A stretch of DNA of 64,000 nt from Squalus acanthias (GCA_030390025.1 CM059431.1:133922001-133986000), one strand, 5' to 3'. Shown: positions 24,690-37,975, counted from the first letter of the stretch. Program-made: numbers and translations. The notes: generated by a model not told the origin, from the letters alone.

Positions 24690-27065
24690 ACAGCAGCGAG
24701 AATTGGAGCTGCAGGAGGAACAAAGCACACATGGTTTGCGGACGAATCCAATGAAGAGGAGGAGGAGGAGGCGGAGGTTGGAGGATGAATATGGTGCCAC
24801 TAATGCAGCACCAGCCACTCACATTGCTTGCTGGGATGCCACGGATTCCCTTACAGCTGTAAGGTTCAGTTAATCACTACCACTGGACTGATGTAACAAT
24901 CACATTCAATGGCCACTCTCCCCGTCACCTCAATCCCACTGACACAAAGTCGTCCTGTAATCAAACATCCACCCATTGCACATTCCCCATTGGTCCCCAT
25001 CAATTCTTGTCTTCCCACTCATCAAGAAACAACTTAAAAGGCGAGTTGCCATTTGGCAACCAATCATGGGCAACGCGGGAAAGTGGTGCAAAGTAATAAA
25101 TTTTACGTGATTCTAGTAAACAATGGAAACTTAACAGAATAATATTTTGTCAAATAACCATGTGCATGCCCTTGTTGAACTACAAAGCTTTTCTCTTCCT
25201 TTTCCTACCGCTCCTTCGTGGCTTCAGCCGAGATAGAGGCAGGCTGCTCAAATCCCTGTTCTGACTGTTGAGATGCTATTAGCCGATGATCTCTGGGTGT
25301 TGGAGCCTGTGCAAGGGCAGTCTTGGCCATCGGGAGAGGAGGCAGCAAGTTGGGTATTGGCTGGGGGTGGGGGGAGGAGGGGTGACGGGTGAGAAGTGGG
25401 AGCACTTTGAATGGACTTCCCACTTACATGTTCCCTTTCACCATCATCTCTCTCATGGGCCAGCCAAACTTCACTCCTACCACTCTGCGAGAGAGCAGCT
25501 TGGTGCAGATCACTGACGCGCTGTAAGGCCAAGGCGTCTGTCATAATATTTAAGGCACCAGACATGTTGGCATCCAGAGTCTGCTCGGCCGTGGTCTCTG
25601 CAATTGTGGACAGTGTGCGTGGAAGGCCTGCTAGTATGTTGCAAATTTTCTGCTGCCACTCAATGATTATCCCTTTCATCAATAGCCCCTGGGGTACAGC
25701 ATCTGTGTCCAGTCGAGCAGAGCTTGGAGAGGGCAGTGCCCGCCGACGCAGACTCTCCACAGTGTCCCTGCCACCACTGTCAGCTTGTTCTCACTTGTGA
25801 AGTGTGATTCACATGGTGAAATCCCAACTAACTACCCACCGAAGTGCGAGTATCTGCGCTGGTGCATGGTAAGTAGGAGTCCTGTGACGGTGCACCCTCA
25901 GAAGGAAGCAGCTCCCCTGAGGATTCATCGTCCCAGAGGTCCACCGACTGCTGCTGTACATGTCAAAGCCCTGGCGGAGAGAAAAGACATGAATTAGTAT
26001 TAGCAAGATAAGAATGTTGCAACTTAGCATGATGAAGATGATCATATTTCACTCGCTGCTGAAATCAAATCAACATGACTGAATGTTGTATGACATTTGA
26101 GTTGCTGTTATTTAATTCTGTTACCAGGTAGCTGCGAGGTCAGAGACGCCGAAATGCCATTAATCTCCATTGCTTCCTCCTCTGCAGCTGTCAACTGCAC
26201 AATCTGTGGAGGACCAGTTTCGGTCCTCTCCCTCTCCCTAGTGTTCTGTGCTCACTTCTCCTGCAATGGGGAAAAGGACAGACCTATGAGTGACTGTAGT
26301 GCCATGTGTTCACCTGATGGATGCAGTGCGTTTGGTGAGGGTGACTATCAGGGAGAGGCATCAAATTGCATAAGGATCAGGGTGAGTGGCAGTGGTGGAT
26401 GGATAGATGGGGATGTAAAGAAGTACATAGAAAGAAAAAAATGGGTGCACTTGCAAGATAAGTAGGTGTGAGGAGCCAGTACCCAACATGCTGCCTCCTC
26501 TCCCGATAAAATAGGCTTGACAAGGCAGAGTAGTGGGGGAGTGATGTGCACAGCAGGATGTAGGTGAATGTGCAACTATACTCACCTTTCTTGACCTGGT
26601 TAGGTCATAAAAGCGCTTCCTGCACTGAAGCTAGGAGCTTGCCACAATGCTCCTGCTGCTGACCTCCTCGGCCAGCTCCAGCTACGCCTTCTTCTTTACA
26701 GCAGCAGGTTTCTTCCTACCATTGCTGGGGAAGAGTATCACTCTCCTATTCCTCACTCCACCATAGCTCTTGGTGCAGCCAGTGGCCATCCTAAGTCCAT
26801 TATAGCACTTCACCCTCAGTGTGCTTCAATTCCTAACTGCTCTAAATTCCATCCTTGGATTGGCCCTTTAAATGCTCCAGTTGAGATCGCGTCATGCAGG
26901 TCTACACCACACCTGGTGTCACGCATTCAACCCAGAAGTAATATTATAATATGGTGGCCACATTGAAATTCCACAAACCATCGCACCAAAACTTTTTCCA
27001 AGTTGCGCTACCGACATTGCACTCCCCCTGCGCTCGGAACATGCCTCGTAGTTATTATCCGGGCC
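24690..27065. mobile_element. Decayed Harbinger: transposase tail (+) and intron-containing Myb/SANT remnant (-)
   Basis: Minus strand near 26580-26760 reads QCRKRFYDLTRSRK followed by GTGAGT. Acidic transposase tail near 24750. Ends in GGCC at 27065. Confidence 0.65.
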
Positions 27066-28045
27066 ATTGTTTCCACAGATTAGTTTTGAATTTAACCCCC
27101 TTGAAGCGCAGGCCATGTCCTCTTATTCTATTGTTCTAGACGAGGTGAAATAGCTTGTCATGGGCTACATTATCTAGTTCCTTTATAATCCTAAAAACAG
27201 CAATCATATCACCTCTCAACCTCTTTTCCATGAGAACAATTTACATAATCACTTCTCAGAAACTAATCCTTTCATCTCTTCAATCAGTCTGGTTGCCCTC
27301 TTCTGTAGCTTGTCAATAGCTGCAATATCCTTTTTGTACTGTGGCAACCAAAACTCTACACAGTATTCTAAGTGTGATCACACCAATGATTTATAAATTG
27401 GCAGGATTACCTCACTATTCCAGCTCAATATTGATCTTTTAATATATCCCAACATCTCATTTACTTTATTCACAGTCACCGAGCATTGTTGTTCAATTTG
27501 TTGTCAATCAGAACACCCAGACCTCTTTCATTTTATATTATAACGAATTTACAGCACAGAAACTGGCCATTTGACCAAACTCGTCTATGTCAGTATTTAT
27601 GCTCCACATGAGCCTCCTCCCAACCTACTTCATTTATCCCTACCAGCATATCCTTCTATTCCTTTCTCCCACATGTACTTCCTCATCTATGCTATTCACC
27701 TGAACTATTCCATGTGGGAGCAACATTCAGATTCTAAGCACTCTCTGGGAAGAAAAGTTTCTCCTGAATTCCTTGTTGGATTTATTAGTGACTATCTTAT
27801 ATTTATGACCACAAGTTTTGGACTCCCCCACAAGTGGAAACATCTTCTCTACACCTACCCTATCAAACCCCTACATCATTTTAAAGACCTCTAATTGGTC
27901 TTCTCAGCCTTCTCTTTTCCGGAGGAAAGAGCCCCAGCCTGCTGAGTCTTTCCTGATTGTTATTAACCTCTCAGTTCTGGTATCTTACTTGTAAATCTGT
28001 TTTGCACTTTTTCCAGTGCCTCAATATCATTTTTGTAATTTGGAG
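27066..28045 (-). mobile_element. Old CR1 3' fragments
   Basis: Degenerate ORF2 C-terminal sequence resembling the other CR1 copies. Confidence 0.6.
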
Positions 28046-28321
28046 ACCATGTTGGAACAAACGACATTGGTTGGAACAGGGAGGAGGATAGCTGAGGGAG
28101 TACCATGACTTAGGAACTAAATTAAAAAGCAGGACCTTCAGGGTAATAATCTCTCGATTATTGCCCAAGCCACGTGCAAATTGGCATAGAGACAGACAGA
28201 TCAGGAAAGTTAACACTTGGCTAAAGGGCTGTTGTGGGAAAGAGGGGTTCCTTTTCATGGGACACTGGCATCTGTACTGGGACAAGACGGGCTCCACCTG
28301 GAATGAGACCAATGTCCTGTG

Positions 28322-30775
28322 GTGGATTCACTCTACATGATAAGAAGAAACAGCTGAGCGCACTGGATACAACAAAGGCTGTGGGCCCCGACAACATCCC
28401 GGCTGTCATGCCAAAGACTTGTGCTTCAGAACTAGCCACGCCTCTAGCCAAGCTGTTCCAGTACAGCCACAACACTGGCATCTATCCGACAATGTGGAAA
28501 ACTGCCCAGGTATGTCCTGTCCACAAAAAGCAGGACAAATCCAATCCGGCCAATTACCGCCCCATCAGTCTACTCTCAATCATCAGCAAAGTGATGGAAG
28601 GTGTCGTCGACAGTGCTATCAAGCGGCACTTACTCAGGAAGGGACAGAGAGCTTAACAAAAGTAATAAGACATTAGTGACATCAGGGAAAAATAGAAAAA
28701 AGTTAAAACTAAAGGCAATAATTATGAATGCACAAAGTATTCGCAACAAAATAAGTGAATTAATAGCACAGATAGAAATAAATAGGTTTGATCTAATAGC
28801 CTTTACGGAGACAGGATCTGGAATTTTCACGTTGCCGCGTGTGCGGGTTTGGGGGCGTGTCGGCAGTAAAAGAAATAGGGAGCGGCTCAGGAACCCGCCA
28901 TCATCCCACCGCCTCGAGTATTTAACTCGGGTGGCTTTGAAGGTGTGTCACGGAACTGATCCGCAGAGGCGGGCGACCTCATTGAAATCATTAAGTGCTT
29001 GTCTACAGTCCCTTAAAAGTGATTTTAATGGCTGTTTCTGAGTGTAACTTCATGGGCACGGGATTCATGGAGGTCGAGTGTCTCGCCTGTGAAGGGGAGG
29101 CGGAAGGTCAGTGGTCATTGGCGAGTTCCTTCATCGACAGCTGGGAGAAACACATAAATACTCCCACGTTACACCTCATTATTTGCCTCATGGGAAGGCT
29201 CTTGCTCACTTCATTTTGTCCACAGATTTAAGTGTCAGCAGTTTGCAGGTCCTTTCTGAAACCTCGGAATCCACTCTCACCACATTGCTATTCACTATCA
29301 GAACTTTGAGGGATTGGTGCCCCATCAGTCTGCTCTCAATCATCAGCAAAGTGATGGAAGGTGTCATCGACATTGCTATCAAGCAGCACTTACTCACCAT
29401 TGGACTCATCAGTCACCTGCAAACTCATTTTTAATGTGGAAGCAAGTCATCCTCGGTTCCGAGGGACTGCCTAAGAAGAAGAAGAAGAAGACTCACCAAT
29501 AACTTGCTCACTGATGTCCAGTTTGGGTTCTGCCAGGACCACTCGGCTCCATACCTCATTACAGTCTTGGTCCAAACATGGATAAAAGAGCTGAATTTCA
29601 CAGGTGAGGTGAGAGTGACTGCCCTTGATATCAAGCAGCATTTGACCTAGTGTGCATCAAGGAGCCCTAGTAAAACTGAAGTCAATGGGAATTGGGGGGG
29701 AAAACTCTCCACTGGCTGGAGTCATACCTAGCACAAAGGAAGATGGTTGTGGTGGTTGGAGGTCAATCATCACAGCCCTAGGACATCGTTGCAGGAGTTC
29801 CTCAGGGCAGTGTCCTAGGCCCAACCATCTTCAGCTGCTTCGTCAATGACCTTCCTTCATCATAAGGTCAGAAGTGGGGATTTTCACTGATGACTGCACA
29901 GTGTTCAGTGTCATTCACAACTCTTCAGATAATGAAGCAGTCCATGCCCGCATGCAGCAAGAGTTGGACGACATTCAGGCTTGGGCTGATAAGTGGCAGG
30001 TAACATTCGCACAACACAAGTGCCAGGCAATGACTATCTCCAACAAGGGAGCATCTAACCACCGCCCTTGACATTCAACGGCATTACCATTGCCGAATCC
30101 CCCACCATCAATATACTGGGGGTCACCATTGACCAGAAACTTAACTGGACCAGCCGCATAAATACTGTGGCAACAAGAGCAGGTCAGAGGCTAGGTATTC
30201 TGTAGCGAGTGTCTCACCTTCTGACTCCTCAAAGCCTTTCCACCATCTACAAGGCACAAGTAAGGAGTGCGATGGAATACTCTCCACTTGCCTGGTTGAG
30301 TGCAGCTCCAACAACACTCAAGAAGCTCGACACCATCCAGGACAAAGCAGCCTGCTTGATTGGCACCCCATCCACCAACATTCACTCCCTTTACCACCGG
30401 CGTACCATGGCTGCAGTGTGTACCATCTACAAGATGCACTGCAGCAACTCGCCAAGGCTTCTTCGGCAGCACCTCCCAAACCCACGACCTCCACCACTTA
30501 GAAGGACAAGGACAGCAGACGCATGGGAACACCACCACCTCCAAGTTTCCCTCCAAGTCACACACCATCCTGACTTGGAAGTATATCACCGATCCTTCAT
30601 CGTCGCTGGGTCAAAATCCTGGAACTCCCTCCCTAACAGCACTGTGGGAGTACCTTCACCACACGGACTGCAGTGGTTCAATAAAGAGGCTCACCACCAC
30701 CTTTTCAAAGGCAATTAAGGATGGGCAATAAATGCTGGCCTTGCCAGCGACGCCCACATCCCATAAAAACGAATT
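28322..30775 (+). mobile_element. Second-lineage LINE RT region with nested fragments
   Basis: Motifs GPDNIP, NYRPISLLS, QGSVLGP, FTDD and YKAQVRSAMEYSPLAW. Interrupted at 28638-29312 and at 29400. Confidence 0.82.
29400..29490 (+). mobile_element. 91-bp RTE 3' end with (AAG)n tail
   Basis: Encodes GLISHLQTH. TSD ACTCACCA at 29392-99 and 29491-98. Confidence 0.75.
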
Positions 30776-30789
30776 TTAAAAATATTTTA

Positions 30790-31322
30790 AAAATAACAAA
30801 TTTAGAAAAGATAGAGAGGGAATAAAGGGAGGTGGAGTAGCTGTATTTATTAGAGATAACATAATGGGAGGAGAAAAAAGTGACACAGCCATCAGTAAGA
30901 CAGAAATAGAATCCATGTGGATAGAGTTAAAAGATAACAAAGGATCAATCACACTAATAGGGGTAGTCTACAGACCACTTAAGAGTGGAAGGGAGGTGGA
31001 AAAAGAAATATGCAAACAAATTAGGGAAATGAGTAACATAGAATAATAATCATGGGGGAATTCAACTGCCCTGAAATTAATTGGCCAGAAGAGGTAGGTA
31101 AAGGGGATAAGGGAATGCCGTTCCTACAATGTGTACAGGACTCCTTTCTAACCCAGTATGTAAGAAGCCAAACAAGGGAGGATTCGCGATTGGATCTAGT
31201 AATAGGGAATGAATCAGAACAGATAAGAGAAGTAAAAGTAGGGGAACATCGAGGCAATAGTGACCGTATTATAACATGGTTTAGGATAATAATTGAGAAT
31301 GACATAAGCATGACAAAGACTT
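30790..31322 (+). mobile_element. CR1 endonuclease fragment
   Basis: Same subfamily as 12680-13970. Confidence 0.8.
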
Positions 31323-31324
31323 AT

Positions 31325-32132
31325 GTCGCTTGTTCCAGCCTGGAAGGATTTGCTGGCGAAAAATTTCAGGGCCACGGTCATCTTGAGGGCCGCGCTGTCT
31401 TCATTCTGCTCTGAGGCTGCAGGTCTGGTTCCAAGAGATGGCAGAGTTCTGTGACCACCTCCTTGGTGAAGTGGAGCCGCCAAACACACTGCTCCTGGCT
31501 AAGGTGGAGGTAGGAGAAGTGCTCCCTGAAGACCCCGGGTGGGTAAGGCCTCCTGCTGAGAGCCCTCCTCCTCCTCCCTCTGTGAGCAGCTTGTCTTCTT
31601 TGCTGCCTCTGCTCCATCTCCCTGTCATGCTGCAGCACGAGGGGAACTGCAACTAGAGTCCCCATGACTAGGAGCAGGTGGTGTAGTCAGAGACCTTCCA
31701 GTAGCAGCCAAAGCCTTCCCATCAACCAGCAGCACTGCCTGCACACTTTAACAACTTTTTAAATCTCTTACAGCAACCCAGTACTCCTACAAACACTGCA
31801 AGAGCCAGTACAAAAGCAATAATCAACTTATCTGCAAGTTGGATGTATCCCTTTAAGTGGCGCTGGTGGGGAGGTCCCCTCGTGCAGCTGAACACATGTT
31901 CAGCTGTGTCTATTTAGGAGTTGCCATTGAATACAGCAGCGACGTCAAAAATGGCAGGTCGTGCCTACTCTGCATACTGCCAGCGCACACATGTACCACC
32001 TGCGCTATCACCCTCACCAAGATGGTGAACAGCACGGGCCGTGCCGGAAGTGGGCAGAAGCAAGGTGAACGTCATTTTTTTTTACAAAAAACAGCCAAAA
32101 CTACTGCCGCGAAGTAGCTGAATTTCGCGGCC
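31325..32132 (-). mobile_element. Harbinger 5' end and transposase N-terminus remnant
   Basis: RRPYPPGVFREHFSYLHLSQEQCVWRLHFTKEVVTELCHLLEPDLQPQ is homologous to the 53552 ORF. Terminal GAATTTCGCGGCC. Confidence 0.78.
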
Positions 32133-32499
32133 AGAGACTTTGTCCCAGCCGCATAGATATCTCATCTGACCTCCTGGGGATTAACTCCTCCAAGGACACC
32201 AAAATAAGGGTATGGCAAGTGTTTTCTGTTAAAACTGCAGTTATGCAGCTAATTGGATGAGGTAATACTTCGAAGCATATGGATTCTCACGTAGCCAAAG
32301 TGAAAGAAAGGTATAAAAAGAGGGATCTTAGAATAGATACTTCAGAATTTGAAAAGGCTTAGCCAGCCGATCGACTCGAGCTCAATAACTGTAACATGTG
32401 AATTCTCTGGAAATTCATATTATCGTAAGTAGCAGGAATTCCCATGGGAATGGAGCAGTTCCGGCACCATTTCAGCAAGAATTGTGATCAGCCATAGTA

Positions 32500-33732
32500 C
32501 AAGGAGGGTAGATGAGGGTAGTGCGATTGATGTAGTGTATATGGACTTTAGCAAGGCTTTTGATGAGGTTCCACATGGCAGACTGGTCACGAAGTTAAAA
32601 GCCCATGGGATCCAGGGCAAAGTGTCAAGTTGGATTCAAAACTGGCTCGGAGACAGGAAGCAGAGGGTAATGGTTGATGGGTGTTTTTGTGACTGGAAGG
32701 CTGTTTCCAGTGGGGTTCCGCAGGGCTCAGTACTAGGTCCCTTGCTTTTTGTGGTATATATCAACGATCTTGACTTGAATATAGGGGATATGATTAAGAA
32801 GTTTGCAGATGATACTAAAATCGGCTGTGTGGTTGATACTGAAGAAGGAAGCTGTAGACTGCAGGAAGATATCAATAAATTGGTCAGGTGGGCAGAACAG
32901 TGGCAAATGGAATTCAATCCGGAGAAGTGTGAGGTAATGCATTTGGGGAGGGCTAACAAGGAAAGGGAATACACATTAAATGGTAGGACACTGAGTAGTG
33001 TAGAGGAACAAAGGGACCTTGGAGTGCATGTCCACAGATCCCTGAAGGTAGCAGGCCAGGTAGATAATGTGGTTAAGAAGGCATACGGAATGCTTGCCTT
33101 TATTAGCCGTGGCATAGAATACAAGAGCAGGTGGGGTTATGCTTCAACTGTATAAAACACTAGTTAGGCCTCAGCTAGAGTATTGCATGCAGTTCTGGTC
33201 ACCACATTACAGGAAAGGTGTGATTGCTTTAGAAAGGGTACAGAGGAGATTTACAAGGATGTTGCTGGGATTAGAGAATCTTAGCTATGAGGAAAGACTG
33301 GATAGGCTGGGTCTGTTTTCCTTGGAACAGAGGAGACTGAGGGGAGACCTTATTGAGATATATAAAATTATGAGGGGCATAGATAAAGTGGATGGAAAGG
33401 ACCTATTTCCCTTAGCAGAGGGGTCAAAAACCAGGGGGCACAGATTTAAAGTAATTGGGGGAAGGTTTAGAGCGGATTTGAGGGGAAATTTCTTCACCCA
33501 GAGGGTTGTAGGGGTCTGGAACTCACTGCCTGAAAGGGTGGTAGAGGCAGGAACCCTAACCACATTTAAAAAGTACTTGGATGTACACTTGGGATGCTGA
33601 AACCTGCAGGGCTATGGACCAAGAGCTGGGAAGTGGGATTAGGCTGGATAGCTCTTTGTTGGCCAGTGCGGACATGATGGGCCGAAATGGCCTCCTTCCG
33701 TGCTGTAACTTTCTATGATTCTATAATTCTAC
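32500..33732 (+). mobile_element. CR1 3' half with tail
   Basis: RT ORFs 32484 and 33139, and a TTCTATGA-type tail. Confidence 0.92.
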
Positions 33733-33853
33733 TCCTTGGTAATTTCCTCCCCCTGCAATGGAAGGAATTCCTAATTCTTTGTGGAGGCTGATTGAAATGT
33801 ATATTATAATACTGTAATATTATTTAATACAAAAAAAGAGCTTTGAAGAATAC

Positions 33854-33980
33854 CTCAGTGTTGTTGATGATAGCTTTGGAGAAGTAACTTCTACTTTTTT
33901 ACAAACCTTGGAGCAGGTTGGCTGTGAAGGCAGAGCAGTTTTACTCAAGATCTTGCTTGATGTACTCTTTATGATTTTAG
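33854..33980 (-). CDS. DZIP1: Probable host gene exon C (127 bp), Ser/Thr/Lys-rich
   Basis: Acceptor atatccacag and donor AG|GTATTC. Open in the phase-1 frame left by exon B: TKIIKSTSSKILSKTALPSQPTCSKVCKKVEVTSPKLSSTTL. Its position fits the poorly conserved segment before DZIP1 TPPFSS, but sequence similarity is weak. Confidence 0.6.
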
Positions 33981-34024
33981 CTGTGGATATTAACATAAAT
34001 ATACTAGTATAAATGAAGCAATGT

Positions 34025-34121
34025 TACTCAAGTCCCTGGATAAGCATAACCTTCAATGAAGCTTGAACCCACAACCTTCTGACTCAGAGGTGAGAGTGCT
34101 AGCACTGAGACACAGCTGACA
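34025..34121 (-). mobile_element. tRNA-derived head of a SacSINE1-like SINE
   Basis: Minus strand has the B-box-like GGTTCAAGC. Matches the recalled SacSINE1 5' end. Confidence 0.6.
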
Positions 34122-34199
34122 TGTATGTGATGCATTTTGCAAATCATATGGGAGGATTCTGACTCACCTGTAACTGAAGCCAAACAGGACAATGAAGCA

Positions 34200-34296
34200 A
34201 CAACAGAAAATGCTGGAAAAACTCAGCAGGCCAGGCAGCATCCGTGGGGAGAGAAACAGAGTTAACGTTTCAGGTCGAAGACCTTTCGTCAGAACT
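34200..34296 (-). mobile_element. Single arm of the same Penelope-like family with an intact hammerhead core on -
   Basis: Reverse complement of 34260-34296 is AGTT-CTGACGA-AAGGTCTTCGACCT-GAAACGTT-AACT. Confidence 0.75.
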
Positions 34297-34685
34297 CAGA
34301 GGTGAGAGTGCTAGCACTGAGACACAGCTGACATGCATGTGATGCATTTTGCAAATCATATGGGAGGACAATGAAGCAGTCAGGTTTGCTTAAATCATTG
34401 GAGTTGGGGGCTGGTGATCTGGGATTATCCCAGATAGATTAAGAGAACAGTAGCTTACAGATGATTACTTTTGTCATCACTTTTATGTATCACTGTCTTT
34501 AGATTCACATATGCTGTACGACGTAAAATATATTCCTATTGAGTTATGGAATTAGATTTGGTTATGAGCTTAAAAATAATACCATAATATTTTGGCTAGG
34601 ATAAGACCATCTAGTCTATCCAGTCTGGTTATTCAATGATCTCCTTAGATTTTAAAGCAAGTAATATCAGATCCTGGAAACAATT

Positions 34686-35444
34686 GGCCCGTGTTTTCCG
34701 ATCGGAGGCTTCCTGTGTGCGGAGGCCTCCGATCTGGAAAAATCTACGCCCTTACCCGAGGGCTCCGGAGGTCTGGACATTTCCGCTCCTGGGCCTCTGC
34801 TCTACGAAATGTGCAGGGCCCAGGTATCCCAGGGGCGCATGCGGTTCGCAAGCGTCCCTGGGATCACGTGGGTCATGGGGAACCAATGAAAGAAGGGAAT
34901 CCCCCTTCATACTTTTGACAGGTCTCTCAGCTTAGACCCGTCAAAAGTATGAATGGGGATCAGTCAAAAAACATATCAAAACATTAAATAATTTTTTTTT
35001 AAATCACATTTTAAAATGAGTTAAAATTACATTAAATTAAATATTTCAAACAAAAATTTAATTTTTTGAAAAAATATTTTTTTACGGGGCTAAAAATAAA
35101 CTTACCTTTTTTAAAAGTATTTTTAAATTATAAATGAGTGGAAAATTTTTTTTTTTTACTTTTCTAAACTCTTATGCTGGTAAAAGCAGGCCTTATGACT
35201 GCTTTTACCAGGCGTAAGATTTTTAAGGGATTTCAGCAGGCGGAGGTTCTGCAGAAAGCGGAACTCTCCATCCGCAGAGGCCCTTCTCTAGGGCAGGCGT
35301 GCGATCTGTCAAGAGGATTCTTGACAGATCGGAAGTGCCGGTTTTCAGCGCATGCGCTTCGCATGCCTGAAACCGGCACTTGCGAGGTCCCTACGGGTGT
35401 GTACACAGCTCATGCACACCCGTAGGGATCGGAAAATACGGGCC
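34686..35444. mobile_element. MITE with 18-bp TIRs, AT-rich core and internal hairpins
   Basis: TIRs GGCCCGTGTTTTCCGATC / GATCGGAAAATACGGGCC. Flanks att/ata are an imperfect TSD. Confidence 0.78.
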
Positions 35445-36149
35445 ATACTTTCTGATACCAAGGAGCAAAAGAGTAAAATCACTGGCAACATTAAAGATTA
35501 GGGGGCTATTTTTGAGTATTCTGAAAATGTATTAAAAAATCCTTTAAATTAGTTTGATCCAAAATAATTAGCATCATGACTGTCCTTTTTGTAGTTAATA
35601 TAACTTTTTCAGCAGTAAATGTATAGTAAATGTACAATAATTACCACAACCATTGGAATGCCACTGTATGCCTTTCCACTTTTTATTTTGTTTTTATTAT
35701 GGTAAGTTAAGCCATCTGATGTAAGATGCAATAGTTTAAATGGAACAGTTTAACAATATGAAATCACCTGCTTGACATTTGCTAATGACGGACTTACTTT
35801 TTCCAGGCAGTACCTTTAGTAAAACACTTGCCAAAGTGCACTATGGCATAAGCAATAAGGAAGCTTTGATTGATATATTAGGAAACAAGCTATTAACAAG
35901 CAGCAAGTGCATGTTAACCCTTTCAATGCCATGGTTAAGATAACTCATCTCAGTGGTGGACATCTCATTAATCTTGATGGACCTTAGCTGTTTTAGCTTC
36001 TAAATCTCAGACAAAAGACGGGACCAGTTCAAACTAAAACCAGGCCTAAAACAAGCCTCTGAAACTGGTGTTCAGCCAGTCAGAAGCTTATTTATGTGAC
36101 TTTATGTTTGGCTTGAATAATTCTCATTAATTGGAGTGAGAAGATGCTC

Positions 36150-36530
36150 AGTGATAGAACTTGACACCTTCAATCACAAAGTTGTGGACGGGGAGTGAGA
36201 TGAAATCAATAGCAAGGGTACGGAGTTTATGACATGGCCCACAAACAATGCCTTTGATATTTCCAATATTTAACTGGAGAAAGTTGTGGCTCATCCAGGA
36301 CTGGATGCTGGACAAGAAATGTGACAACACAGAGGGAATGGAGAGGAGTCAAGAGGTGGTAGAGAGGTAAACATGGGTGTTGTCAGAGTACAGAGGAACC
36401 TGACCCCATGTTTCGGATAATGTTGTCAAAGAGCAGTATGTGGAAGAGGAGGGTTCCAGGATAGATCCTTGGGGGACTTCAGAAGTGACAATGTGGGAAG
36501 GGGAATAGAAGGCATTGTTGGAGATGCCAC
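36150..36530 (-). mobile_element. L2 RT fragment
   Basis: LSSIQSWMSHNFLQLN, plus a vpqgsil-like segment. Confidence 0.7.
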
Positions 36531-37080
36531 TGAGCTAGAACAGTCAAGGTGAAACAAATGGCCTCTCTTCTGTGTTAACATATCTGATATTAGGAGGTTC
36601 ATTTATCTATTAAGCAACTGGACACCTGAGACAATAAGGGGCATGTGATGCAGATCAGGCAAGTGGTGGGCAGGCCATCTGCTCCACCTGCCCAACTACA
36701 TCAGTGGGAGGCCTGATTGATTTTGGTGTCCAGTACATATTTGCATGTCGAACTAGTCGAACTGCGAGCAATAATTGTACTGTTTATGGGCAGCGCACCA
36801 TTTAGGAGGCCGGAAAATCCGACAGGGTAGACATTCATTATAGGCCTGCAGCAGCAGGAATCTATCTAATTAACTAACAAAATTTTAAAGAGAATTATGT
36901 ATCTTTGAAAGCAGTTAAATCAAATTACTAAAAAAAAAATATTTATTATGAACAGATACAGTATCATAACTGTCATATTCTTTGCTTTATAACAAAACCA
37001 AGATTTTTTCACTCTAACTCATTGTTAGAGAAACTGTTAAGGTATACAAACTAGTGATGTAGGGATGCAACGAGTCTTAC

Positions 37081-37249
37081 TTTTTAAATGACAAAGACTG
37101 TCTTTTCCTTTAATCTTATCCTCAACCTTGCGTGACAAGCTTTCACGAAAGAGACAAAAGTTTGGCAACGCTTTTGATTTTTCTTCTCTGTCAGAATCAA
37201 CGGTATCCAGAATTCTCGTAAGCTGTCCTTCAGAGATGCCTTGAGCACC
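37081..37249 (-). CDS. DZIP1: Host gene internal exon B (169 bp), DZIP1-like
   Basis: Acceptor cattttctag and donor GTAAGA. In phase with exon A: GAQGISEGQLTRILDTVDSDREEKSKALPNFCLFRESLSRKVEDKIKGKDSLCHLK. Resembles recalled DZIP1 'IRGISSDQLHRVLKSVESERHKQEREIPNFHQIREFLEHQVSCKIEEK'. Not in the ORF track. Confidence 0.82.
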
Positions 37250-37975
37250 CTAGAAAATGAATGTGTTCCACATTATTAATGACAAAAATCTGAGAACCAT
37301 GAATATGTTTTGACTAATAGTATTCACTACCCCACCTCATAAACCAAAAACATTACAACCTGGTGATGTAATGGATGATACACTACAGAGGTGAAACTAC
37401 ACTTAGTGTAGAGGCTGAGTTAAAATTTATTTAGCTCAAATTGGAGCTAAAATGTTTGCCCTGTTTTGAAATGGACATGCAAGAACTACCAACTTTAATC
37501 TTCATGCTGTCTGGAAGCAGTGGTGCATTAGGATTGTTAATAATAATGCAGACTGAATGCCCAATTGGAAACACCAGAAAAAATGCTGCTCAAGCAGCTA
37601 AACAACCATTTTACTGGTACTAACAGTGAAGTGGACAATTTCTATGAGAAATGAAAAGACAGCACAAAAGACCTTTAGACCTTTAGATCATCATAGCTGG
37701 CATAAGGGCACATTCTATTGAATACAGGGGCATGTCATTAATATGGTACCAAAGCTTGAAGCAGCTGTGGAAGACCATCACACAAAAGGATAATAGGGAT
37801 TGCATAACAGATGTTGTAAAGATATTCAGAAGGTGTCAGAACCCAAGTAAAATGCCAAGATGAGAAATGAGCATTAATAAACTTATCGTGCCTTATATGG
37901 GGCCTTGTTTTTACATCTGTCCCACAATGCAGCACCCAAAACTGTGCAGTACCTCAAATGCAACATAACTAAAGT

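Noticed and set aside
32140..32500. Possible solo LTR (TATAAAAA, TG..CA)
   Set aside because: No TSD or terminal inverted repeat could be identified.
35768..35840. Extra host exon between B and C
   Set aside because: The AG/GT pairs give 43 or 73 bp, which shift frame or hit a stop. Exon B already joins exon C in phase.
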